A DNA stretch of 64,000 bases, from assembly GCA_963693365.1 (NCBI GenBank), contig CAVNZM010000019.1, positions 283,227-347,226 on the forward strand, given 5' to 3'. Positions 1 to 10,848 of this stretch are shown piece by piece. The notes beneath the pieces are model-generated. The model saw nothing but the letters and a program-made list of their open reading frames with translations. It made no database searches and was not told the origin of the DNA. Made by a program: the position numbers and the translations under genes. This stretch comes from Amoebidium appalachense (taxonomy: Eukaryota > Protista > Ichthyosporea). The stretch's first letter is position 1, and each line of letters starts with the position of its first letter.

Positions 1-119
1 TGTGTGTGCAGAGTCTTTGTCCTAGCTGTCTCATGTGAGTGCGTGTGTGTGTGCGTGTGTGTGTGTATGTGTGGGTGTGTGTGGGTGCAAAATCAACCAC
101 ACGCGTTAGCTATCGCAAG

Positions 120-469
120 TGATGACTTCACACGATGCGCTTGCAACTAATCGACAATTTTCCGGCACGGTGCCGGGAAATGATGATGTCACACGATGCG
201 CTTGCAACTAATCGACAATTTTCCGGCACGGTGCCGGGAAATGATGATGTCACACGATGCGCTTGCAACTAATCGACAATTTTCCGGCACGGTGCCGGGA
301 AATGATGATGTCACACGATGCGCTTGCAACTAATCGACAATTTTCCGGCACGGTGCCGGGAAATGATGATGTCACACGATGCGCTTGCAACTAATCAACA
401 ATTTTCCGGCACGGTGCCGGGAAATGATGATGTCACACGATGCGCTTGCAACTAATCAACAATTTTCCG
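120..469. repeat. 61-bp tandem repeat (~5.7 copies) with internal palindrome; iteron-like
   Basis: Unit tgatgatgtcacacgatgcgcttgcaactaatcgacaattttccggcacggtgccgggaaa starts at 120, 181, 242, 303, 364 and 425. It contains ttttccggcac-g-gtgccgggaaa (11-bp arms, 1 mismatch). Degenerate reverse-complement copies lie at ~33108-33285. Confidence 0.95.
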
Positions 470-904
470 AAGTCCGAAGCTTGCCAAAAATAGAACAGGG
501 GGCTTTTGAGCCAGGCCACCACAAAAGTGATGACGTCAACATGGACTATAAATAGAAACCAAAGTCCGAAGCTTGCCAAAAATAGAACAGGGGGCTTTTG
601 AGCCAGGCCAACACAAAAGTGATGACGTCAACATGGACTATAAATAGAAACCAAAGTCCGAAGCTTGCCAAAAATAGAACAGGGGGCTTTTGAGCCAGGC
701 CACCACAAAAGTGATGACGTCAACATAGACTATAAATAGAAACCAAAGTCCGAAGGTTGCCAAAAATAGAACAGGGGGCTTTTGAGCCAGGCCACCACAA
801 AAGTGATGACGTCAACATGGACTATAAATAGAAACCAAAATCCGAAGGTTGCCAAAAATAGAACAGGGGGCTTTTGAGCCAGGCCACCACAAAAGTGATG
901 ACGT
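470..904. repeat. 92-bp tandem repeat (~4.7 copies)
   Basis: aagtccgaagcttgccaaaaatagaacagggggcttttgagccaggccaccacaaaagtgatgacgtcaacatggactataaatagaaacc recurs at 470, 562, 654, 746 and 838. The same array is inverted at 57703-58243. Confidence 0.95.
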
Positions 905-905
905 T

Positions 906-1031
906 GCAAACGCTTACCATCTCCACGACATTGTATAATGATGGATTGAGAAGGCCATCTTTATGGTCGCGCCCCCTAAACATGATCCGAACAAACTCCC
1001 TGTAGTCGCTGTAACCCAGCAGGCCAAACAT
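906..1031 (-). pseudogene. Fragment of exon 1 of an AntA/MSV199-like paralog
   Basis: FGLLGYSDYREFVRIMFRGRDHKDGLLNPSLYNVVEM is followed by a GTAAGC donor. It is the reverse complement of ~57577-57700, with the 5' part deleted. Confidence 0.75.
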
Positions 1032-1032
1032 T

Positions 1033-1114
1033 GCTCACACACCCGTCACAACCCCTGTAACTCCAAAGTGCCAACTTTTCAATTCTAATTTATAATAGCG
1101 CTATCATCGGTGAG

Positions 1115-1117
<3 letters not shown>
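1033..1117. repeat. Conserved element-end motif abutting (TG)n
   Basis: gctcacacacccgtcacaacccc...aagtgccaacttttcaattctaatttataatagcgctatcatcggtgagtag|tgtgtg. Homologs lie at 3147-3230, 28462-28499, 31047-31133, 32977-33010, 48416-48497 and 56976-57064. Confidence 0.85.
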
Positions 1118-1155
<38 letters not shown>

Positions 1156-1401
1156 TGTGTGTGTGTGGGTGTGTGCATGTGTGTGTGCGCGTGTGTATGT
1201 GTGTGTGTGCGCATGGTTCTAGGTCATATGCATGACCAAGAAATTGTCCTCTTAGGATCCAACTTGTGGTAGATCTATGCGAGGACCAATCAAATAACTT
1301 TTGGATCTTGGCGGAAGTTAATTGATTGGTCAATGGACGTCTGGATCTGGGCCGGGTCTTGTTGCTTAGGTACCATTTATCTAACTAGCGCTATGATTGG
1401 T

Positions 1402-1835
1402 AAGTGTGATGCCACTCACCGACTATCCAATCAAATCACTGCAATGACGTCATCGAGGCTTTCATTATTCAAACTGTCGGGATGCGCGCGATTTGATTGG
1501 TGAGTTGAAGAGTTGCTACAGAAACCGACTTTCCATACCCCCACACACCACACACACATACCTCTATTATTCTCATACACATATACATACAAGCGTACAT
1601 ATTTTTATACATATGTATACTTATATACATATAATATATATATATATATATTTCTTTTTATTCTAATTTTTATTTGTATACACTGACCTTTTCATATTCT
1701 TCTAACCTACTTCCAAAAGGATCATGTAGTGATACTACTTCAATGTTCATTTATTATAAATATATCAATGTTCATTTATTATAAATATATAAATAAATAT
1801 TTACAAAAGTGAAGTTCATATGTCTTTTATTTTAG

Positions 1836-1884
<49 letters not shown>

Positions 1885-2092
1885 GATACCTACATATACA
1901 AGAATGATACTGTAACATACGTATACATGTAGGTGTATGGTGTGTGGTGTGTGGGGTATGGAAAGTCGGTTTCTGTAGCAACTCTTCAACTCACCAATCA
2001 AATCAGGCGCATCCCGACAGTTTGAATAATGAAAGCGCCGATGACGTCATTGCAGTGATTTGATTGGATAGTTGGTGAGTGGCATCACACTT
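1402..2092. repeat. Foldback element copy 1 (~150-bp inverted arms, AT-rich core)
   Basis: The left arm aagtgtgatgccactcaccgactatccaatcaaatcactgcaatgacgtcatc... is mirrored by ...gatgacgtcattgcagtgatttgattggatagttggtgagtggcatcacactt. The centre is (TA)n-rich. Confidence 0.9.
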
Positions 2093-2093
2093 G

Positions 2094-2195
2094 AATATGA
2101 GATTAAAGGGTTTATATATCAAAAAAAGCAAAAAACGCGAAAGCTTTGACCAATGCAATCGCTGTATTAATATATAAACCCTTTAATCTCATATT
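2094..2195. repeat. ~25-bp inverted repeat between the two foldbacks
   Basis: aatatgagattaaagggtttatata ... tatataaaccctttaatctcatatt. Confidence 0.9.
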
Positions 2196-2212
2196 TATCT
2201 AATGGCGCTATG

Positions 2213-2447
2213 ATTGGTAAGTGTGATGCCACTCACCGACTATCCAATCAAATCACTGCAATGAGGTCAGTGGCGCTTTCATTATTCAAACTGTCGGGAT
2301 GCGCGCGATTTGATTGGTGAGTTGAACAGTTGCTACAGAAACCCACTTTCCATACCCCCACACACCACACACACATACATCTATATATATCATACACATA
2401 TACATACAAGCGTACATATTTTTATACATATGTATACTTATATACAC

Positions 2448-2478
<31 letters not shown>

Positions 2479-2886
2479 CATGTATATATTTCTTTGTATT
2501 CTAATTTTTATTTGTATACACTGACCTTTTCATATTCTTCTAACCTGCTTCCAAAAGGATCATGTAGTGATACTACTTCAATGTTCATTTATTATAAATA
2601 TATAAATAAATATTTACAAAAGTGAAGTTCATATGTCTTTTATTTTAGTATATATATATATATATTTATATAGATACCTACATATACAAGAATGATACTG
2701 TAACATAACTATACATGTAGGTGTATGGTGTGTGGTGTGTGGGGTATGGAAAGTCGGTTTCTGTAGCAACTCTTCAACTCACCAATCAAATCGCGCGCAT
2801 CCCGACAGTTTGAATAATGAAAGCGCCGATGACGTCATTGCAGCGATTTGATTGGATAGTCGGTGAGTGGCATCACACTTACCAAT
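2213..2886. repeat. Foldback element copy 2
   Basis: Tandem near-copy of 1402-2092 with the same inverted arms. Confidence 0.9.
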
Positions 2887-2941
2887 GCAATTGCTGTATT
2901 ACCTTCATAATTCGCTTTCAGCGCTACACAACTCTAGCGCT

Positions 2942-3149
<208 letters not shown>

Positions 3150-3551
3150 CTTACCTATGATAGCGCTATTATCAATTAGGGCCTTAGAATTGAAAAGTTG
3201 GCACTAGGGGTTGTGACGGGTGTGTGAGCACCGTAAAGCAGCGCTTCATTGGGGGGGGTGGAATGCAGCATTCGATTGGTCAGGGGAATGGCATGCAGCA
3301 TATCTGTAAAAAGTGCACGTAGCGCCGAACAAATCGACCCAATCATCTGGGACCAGTATTCTCTTGCAATCCTCTCCAATCGAATGCTGGATTCCATTCC
3401 TCTCCTCCTACAACCAATGAAGCGTACAACCAATGAAACGCCGGACGCCCCCTATATAAACACAGCAAGCGCTGGACAGCCAGCACCTTTACGGTACACA
3501 CACAACACACAACCCCCAAACCCCAAAGCGCCAACTCTTCCACCAGTGACC

Positions 3552-5345
3552 ATGGCTTCCACCTACGCCATCTATGAGCGCCTCAACATTGCCGGTGCCA
3601 AAGAGGCCGGCTTCCCTCCCATCTCTCCCGAGCTCGAGCGCCTGCTGGGCACCGTGGGCGACGACGTGGTGGTCAAGGTGCTGCGCTTCCTCGACCCGTT
3701 CCTGCTGGACAGCACCGAGACCATCTCCGGGCGCGCTGTGTTCCGGCTGCTGGGGTATGGCAGCTACAACGAGTTTGTGAGAGCTATGTTCAGGGGGCAG
3801 AAAGGTTCTTCTGCCTTTGTCCCCGCTGGATGCTACAGTGTTGTTGAGATGGAGGTGTGTATGTGTATTTTTGTGTTTATGCGTTGCTATGACATAACCA
3901 GTTTGCCATAGATGACATCAATTCATGGAAGCCATCCAATCAAAAAACTTCAGCCATTTTGGCTGAAGTTTTTTTTGCTTGGCTTAGGTGGTATAATGTG
4001 ATGTCATCACTTCTCAGCCTCAGGGCTGAAAAGTCATTTCGTCATTTTTGCGTCATCACTTTAGTCTCTACCATAACTCAAAAGTCTTGTCGTCAAAATT
4101 ACGTCACTGATGTCTTGCCGGTAATCGCGTGACAGCTTGAGTTTTGATTGGCCTTGTGATGTCATCACTTTTCAGCTTTGTAGCTGAAAAGTTTTGATTG
4201 GTGAGGTGACGTCATCACTTTTCAGCTTTGTAGCTGAAAAGTTTTGATTGGTGAAGTGCCGTCATCACTTTCACGCTCCCGAGCGGGAAGGTTCTCTTGC
4301 TGCTCGACACCTAACTAAACGACCACAAATGCAGAGCACTGGAGGTCGTCCTGGTATGGATCACCTGCTGACTGCCGATGGCTTCCTTGTTGCTGCTCTG
4401 GCATCTCCAACCCTGATCGGCAACACAGTCCGAGTCTGGGTCCTTGGAGTCAAGAATGCCTTTGCCCGACTGGCTGCCAACAGCAAGGACGAGGCCGTTT
4501 CTGCCCTGCGCGCCACCCTTGCTGCGGCCGAAGCAAACGCGGCCGCTGCTGCTGCCGAGCGCGACCAGGCCATGGGCGACAAGACAGCTGCCGAGTTGGC
4601 CAAGGAGGACGCTGAGGCCGCCCAGGCCGAGGCACTCGCCACCCTCGCTGCCGCTCTCGCCCGCGTGAAGCTCGAACCACTCACCCTCCCGACCCGCATG
4701 CCTCTCACAACCGGCGGCACGTACACGGACAACCATAAGTTCAAGCGCCTGACGCGCGCGTTCGCGTATGTGTGCGTGGACACGCTGTACGGCGAAGGCG
4801 TGCGCTGCGCCAGCACGTACACGGGCATGATCATGGCCACCACGGGCGTGTGCTTTGTGTTCCAGTCGGGGGAGATTTCCAACATCATCGCCACCACCGG
4901 GCTGCGGAAGGCCATGAAGGAGCGCATCCGGCTGTGGACCGGCGAGGAGCCCAAGTACTCGACCGACATGACCACACAGCAGCTGTACACCTTTGTCTAC
5001 AACTACACGCGCTGGTACGTCGAGTACTGCAAGGCGCCGGTGCTGCGCCAGTCGACCATCAACAACGCGGACACGGGCGCTGCCGAGCACGAGGTGCACG
5101 TCGAGCTGGCGTCGTGGCTGGAGGCCATCCAGGACAAGTTCCCCGACATCGAGCCGCTGGAGCTCGGGCGCACCGTCAGCCTCAACGAGCCGCTGTTGGA
5201 GCGCGGCGAGCAGCTCAAGGGGCAGACCCAGCTGGACGTGTATGTGCAGCGCGGGCGGCTGGGGCGGAAGCGCAAGGTCGCCCGCCTGCAGAAGCCCGAG
5301 GGCCCCGTTGATGTTGTGGTGATTGCGGACAGTGATAGTGAGTGA
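3552..5345 (+). CDS. Spliced AntA/MSV199-like DNA-binding protein with coiled coil and C-terminal PIP-like box, NLS and SIM (exons 3552-3854, 4335-5345)
   Basis: MASTYAIYERL... with TATA (tatataaa) at ~3453. Phase-0 donor GAG|GTGTGT, branch-like ctaac and acceptor GCAG|AGC. The splice joins ...YSVVEME to STGGRPGMDHLLTADGF, an antirepressor-type GGRP..hLT..F motif. The same intron position occurs in copies B and C. Confidence 0.75.
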
Positions 5346-5420
5346 AGTGTGAGTTGTGTAGCGCTGGCTGCTTGGGGATGTTAGTGTATAGCGCTAGAGT
5401 TGTACAGCGCTTTCGGCGGG

Positions 5421-5504
<84 letters not shown>

Positions 5505-6342
5505 TGCTCGGAATTGTGTCAGGCTGTGCAGCGCTAGAGCGCGGCGCCAGCGCGCCTGCCGGCAGGTGTTCTTTGTCATCAGAGTAGATATGTCATCATA
5601 TGCGTTGACGGCATTGTGACGTCATCCGCTTACTTAATAGACTTGGTTGGCGCTGGGAATGATGATGGGCCATCTGCATATGTAGTTCTGCGCTGTACGT
5701 GGGAATAACCTGTGCAACATAAGCTCTCAATTATGATTACAATAAATGCAAAAATCTTGAATTGTATTTTTCATGGTGGGTGCATAAGCGTGAGACTTTC
5801 CATCGTGGGTTCATCAATATGCAAATTGTTCTCTTGGGGCTGAGACTTCATCCAATCGGTTTTCGGTTTAATTTGATTGGTAGTTAGATGTCAGAACCGA
5901 TTGGCCTAACCTGGATTTCCAAATGTTCTCTTGGAAGCCGTTATTGTTCATGATGTTTGGTGGGGAGATAGATGCGTAGATGCGTAAAACACGATTTAAT
6001 TCAAGCAAAATCGCGAGAGAGAAAATGGATTGAAGAGTTCATGGTATATTTGTAAACATTTAGGCAGTCAAGGGCTCCGAAATGGCTTCAGTCCTTTTGC
6101 ACTCACTCCCAATACTGAGATCACCAAAAAGCCAATCAAGCGTAACTGCCAATCGCATGCACCTCAGGAACAAATGCAGCATCCAATAGTATCACCGGCT
6201 GTTTCGATTGGTCATTCAATAACCAATAAAAAGCCATGTTCTCAATTGGCTCACCAGGTGGCGCAGCAAGCTATTTAAGTCAACATCTCGTAGGCCTCTG
6301 CCATCATTCTACAAACACAGACACTCAGGCGACACATACAAA

Positions 6343-7163
6343 ATGTACATGACACAGACACTGCACACCGCGATGGACATCGGCGCTCCTGGTGCTGCGC
6401 CTATCTCCCAGCCGGCCGTATTCAACACCTTCATGTTTCCACCCACCCCACAACCCGACCTGGACATCGTACAGAGTACCGACTTCATTCCGCTGACGTC
6501 CGACGATTTTGCTGCTTTTGACAACCAACTAGGTGACGGCTCCATGCTCTATGCGCCCACCCCGACGACGGCTAAGAGCCACGACCAGCACCACGTCTTC
6601 GACTTCGACATGGTCTGCGGCGAGACAATCCCCCCCTCTCCGGCGCATCCTGTTCCCGCACGTCTGCATCTGCAAGCGGTCTCCTCTCAAGCCCCCACGC
6701 TACCACCCACCACAACAACGCCAGCAACAACATGGGTTGGCCGGCTCAGGTCTGCCGAGAACCAGGATTCCGATACGAGAAAATGGAAGCGCTCGCGCGC
6801 TAACATCTCAATGACCAAAAAGCCACCTGGTGAAATCAAAGCCCTCGCCACTGCTGGTGATTGGAGGCGCCATCTTGCACCCCTGCCTGTTTCACAGATG
6901 TTGGGCGAGGCGCTCGACAGACTTAGCCCGTTGTGCCTTATACCGTTCATCAGCTGCACGCTCCCTTTTGCAGCTAGCAAAGAGCAGCTCTCCTACCTCG
7001 ACGCTGGTAGCATCTGTGCGCTTCTCGGCTTCAGGGACATCGATGAGATACGCGACCGCCTCGATCAGGCCAAAATCGCAAACGCCCGTGATGTGCAAGG
7101 CACAGAAGCGGTAGGAGCCCCCCCCCCCCCCCCCCCCCCCCCCCACACACACACACAAGGCTT

Positions 7164-7197
<34 letters not shown>

Positions 7198-7202
7198 GGC
7201 TT

Positions 7203-7254
<52 letters not shown>

Positions 7255-7257
7255 GGC

Positions 7258-7311
<54 letters not shown>

Positions 7312-8235
7312 AAGCTTCCACCGACACTTTATCGACACCCCTACTAAATGGTGGATCCGGGCACCATAGTGGTCGTGGCTACGGTGGCGTTTTGCGTGGG
7401 CATGTTCTTTCTCAGTGTCCTTGACTATCTCTTCCCCGTGTTCTCGGAACCGATTAAGGGGGACCCACCCCCGCCATACTCAATCCATGCTGATACTTGG
7501 TGATTCCTACAGGGTTCCCCGCACTACTACAAGGAGGGTAACTTCATGCTGGTCTCGCCCGCTGCGTTTCTTCACCTGACCACCCAGGTCTTGTACGAGT
7601 CCCCCCTGGCCCTCGATTTTCTGGGATGGTTTAACAGCGCCCGCAACAAGGAGCTGCACTTGCACGAAACCCGGCTCTATGAGAAGACCCGCGGCGCGCC
7701 CCCTTCCACCACCCCTCTGGATGCCACCCGCCACATTCGCGCTACCTTTGTCGGTTTCCTGGTGGCCACACTCAGCTCGACATCCGTGCTTGACGTCCAC
7801 AGCCTGGTGACCATCCTTGAAAAGGTGGCCAATGTGCAAGTCACTTCCCGCTTCAAGACCCGCAACATCTGCGCCCCGCACGCCGAGGCGCTGGTTTTCA
7901 AGGTGCTTGCCCAGCGCATCAATATAGACACGGGCGTTTCGATAGCGTCTGCGCTCGACATCAACACGTTGCACCTCTACACGTTTCTCTCGCGCGCCCT
8001 TGAGGCTCTGGATGTTGACGTACCCCATCCACACGGCGTCCCAGCCAGCAGCACCCACAAGGACCCCCAGCTGCGCGACCTGAGGAAGCTGGGTCGCTCC
8101 CTCGAGAAGGACTTTGCCGGCATACGCCAGTTGCCCCTGGAGCCCAAGTCCTTCTTCTATGCCATGCCGGAGCGCCAGGACACCCCGACCGGACACGAAG
8201 TGTGCGCGTGCTTCAGGATGGATCGGAGTCTTTAG
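6343..8235 (+). CDS. Spliced Bro-N-like protein (exons 6343-7110, 7513-8235)
   Basis: Phase-0 GCG|GTAGG ... CTACAG|GGT. The join gives [13 protein letters not shown]...[11 protein letters not shown]...[11 protein letters not shown], a Bro-N-like pattern. Exon 2 is 723 nt in all three copies. Confidence 0.7.
7348..7503 (+). CDS. Intron-nested 51-aa single-pass membrane micro-protein with PPPY motif
   Basis: [51 protein letters not shown]. The frame is kept in copies B and C, with synonymous or conservative changes and a 3-nt indel. Confidence 0.6.
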   Translation: MVDPGTIVVVATVAFCVGMFFLSVLDYLFPVFSEPIKGDPPPPYSIHADTW

Positions 8236-8524
8236 GTTGGGCGGACATGTACGGATGGATGCGTCGCACGAGTCCTGTGCACACGGGGCAGCGCCGTGCA
8301 AGCTTGCACGATTTGGAGTTGTTAGGGCACTTGTCCTGGGATACATACTTTTTTTTAGCTGGCTTGAGTGCGCTTGTACTGGTGGGTTTGGGCTTTGCTC
8401 CGTTTAGCTTCGGCATGGTAAGCGCAGCCGGTTTGGGCGCGCTTGTACTGGTGGGTTTGGGCTTTGCTCCGTTTAGCTTCGGCATGGTAAGCGCAGCCGG
8501 TTTGTGATTTTGTGTTTGCGCCAT
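8213..8524 (-). CDS. Small basic protein with internal repeat and Cys-rich C-terminus
   Basis: MAQTQNH(KPAALTMPKLNGAKPKPTSTSA)x2...KKKY...CPNNSKSCKLARRCPVC. TATA (tatataaag) lies ~30 nt upstream. Homologs exist in B and C. Confidence 0.55.
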   Translation of the reverse strand: MAQTQNHKPAALTMPKLNGAKPKPTSTSAPKPAALTMPKLNGAKPKPTSTSALKPAKKKYVSQDKCPNNSKSCKLARRCPVCTGLVRRIHPYMSAQPKDSDPS

Positions 8525-9020
8525 GGCCTCTTCTGTTGGGATTTCAGTCTTTATATACACCTACATAATCATCAACAATAGCCGCTAAACATTGCGCGTT
8601 GTCTGGCGCGTGAGCTTTTGCAACCTTGTTTGTATTTGACAGGCCCGATGGCCCATGCCTACTTATCAAATGTGTAGTAATCTTATCATGTCACGTGATA
8701 TAAAGCTGACCAATCAGATCGTTTGGCATCTGATAATCACCCTTTGATCGCTGAGAGAATGGGGGGTTTATCGATCTTGTCTGATTAAATCGCATTCCGT
8801 GGCGCGGATTGCCCTGTAAATTGTGTTTCAATAACCCCCACTGTTTTTGTCGCTTGCGGGAGATTTCCATGACGCGATGGCATTTTTAATTGAAGGTTGT
8901 GTGACAGGCAAACAGTGTCACATGGACATCAACTCTCACTCCAATCGGGTTCGTTTGTTCACCTTTTCGTTTTTTCACCTTTCGCTCACAGCGATTTCTC
9001 TCCACCCACCCTTGCAAAAC

Positions 9021-10208
9021 ATGAACCCCCCACTCCCCCACCCACTCCCCCCTCCCCTCCCTTCACCCCCAAAGCCCGTTGAAGGGTGTGAATGCACTCG
9101 TTGCACAGACCTTCGCGTCTGTGACGGCTCTTCCGACGCGTGTGCCGTCTGCGGTTACCACAACACCCCGCATCTCAAGACGAAGGCAAAACACTTCCCC
9201 GCCATCACCCATTTTGTTTGTGGCTGCGACCACTGCCTGACCCTTGCGGCAACAAGTGTTCCCCGTCTGTGTAGTTCGTGCTTCACCTCGCTGTCGACTC
9301 ACTCTTCTCCCGTGCCCGGCCTCCCCGGCTGCTGCGACACATGCCGTAGCGGCACCCACTGTGCCTTCCGCATCGCCCGTCGCACCCACAACTATATCAA
9401 CACACAGCGTCGGCGGGCTTGAAATGCCGTCTATTCCCTGCTGACCACCATACCCGTCACGTGCACGTGCATACCCGACATCCCAGACCCCCTCCCCACC
9501 GCCCACCGCATGGCCCCGCACAACCCTGCATGTGCCATGTGGCACGTTGGCTTCCCCGCTCCCGTGCCCGAATGTGCCTCCCCCGCCTGTGCATGCACAC
9601 ACTACCGCAATGGGGAGGCCTTTCTCGCTCACATGCGTGCGGGTCGCCTGCGCCACCTTGTCACTGACATGTACACCCCCGCCCTCGAATACTGCCCCTT
9701 GTGCAGCTGCCGCCGCCGCCCAACTTCCCCCGGCACACCCCAGGCCTACGCGGCCGCCGACCTCCCCCTCCGCTTCCATTCCTGTCCTTGTCCACACTGC
9801 GTGCACATCTTTGCACGTCCTGCCACCGTGCTCGTGTGTGCCGACTGCCACACACTCGTCCTGCAGCATCAGCATGGTGTGGACGGCTGCGCGAGGAGGC
9901 TTGTTGGCCGTAGACGACAGCTGCGACCGGGCCCGGCCCCCCGAAGACTTGTTCCTGCCCCACAAGCCCACACAAACACCCGTTTCTCTCCCCAACCCCC
10001 ACCATGCACATGTCTTCCACCAAGCCCAACAAGCCCATACCCATCCCCAAGCCCGCTCACACCGCCTGTTACAGATACTGTATGCGAGAATTTAGAAGTT
10101 GAAGACCCCAACTCCCCCCAGGGTGAGTGGTTGTGGATGCTTTTCCCCTCTGGGTGGCAAAATGTGTGGGTGCCGGCCACCCCGGGCACCCAGCAAAATA
10201 AATCGTGA
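9021..10208 (+). pseudogene. Cys/His-rich protein with premature stop
   Basis: Many CxCxxC/CxxC clusters. TGA at 9420-9422 where copies B and C have TGG (Trp). Confidence 0.6.
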
Positions 10209-10327
10209 AGACTTGGCATCTGTACATCTGTACGCACCACACACACACCACACACACACCACACACACCACACACACACCACACACCACTCCACACACAC
10301 ACACACACACACACACCACACACCACT

Positions 10328-10360
<33 letters not shown>

Positions 10361-10848
10361 ACACACACACCACACACACACCACACACACCACACACACA
10401 CCACACACCACTCCACACACACACACACACACACACACCACACACCACTCCACACACACACACACACACACACACCACACACCACACCACACACACACCA
10501 CACACATGCACACCACACACGCATACGCACATGCATGTTTCAGATACGTCCAAGTGTGGTTATGTATTGACTTTTGTGTTTATTCACTTGCCGTCGTTAA
10601 GTCTCGCTTACAGGTTAGGGTTCAGATACATAGATGATGATTGCACCAAATCGTGCTTATGAGAAGACATCATACGAAACAAACGATGGCATATTTGCGC
10701 TGGTTTGCACATTTGCACATGTACGGGTTGGGGCATATCATAGCATATCACATGGTCATTGTGGTACTTGTACACACTGCCCTGTCTATTGGGTATAGCA
10801 TTCCTCTCTCCCATACACACTCACCCACCCAGCAAACACCCCACACCA

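Noticed and set aside
120-904. CRISPR-like appearance of the 61-bp and 92-bp arrays (also 48.6-49.9 kb and 54.3-56.6 kb)
   Set aside because: Units are head-to-tail identical or separated only by microsatellite. There are no unique spacers and no cas genes, and the context is eukaryotic.
3249-3551. Upstream extensions of ORFs from TTG/GTG starts (also 4248, 12445, 19263, 47169)
   Set aside because: They run through CCAAT/TATA promoter or intron sequence and are not frame-conserved between copies. ATG starts and splice sites were used instead.
4311-5322. Antisense and alternate-frame ORFs over GC-rich genes (also over the F-box and Cys-rich genes)
   Set aside because: They are shadow ORFs from high GC3 and carry no motifs.
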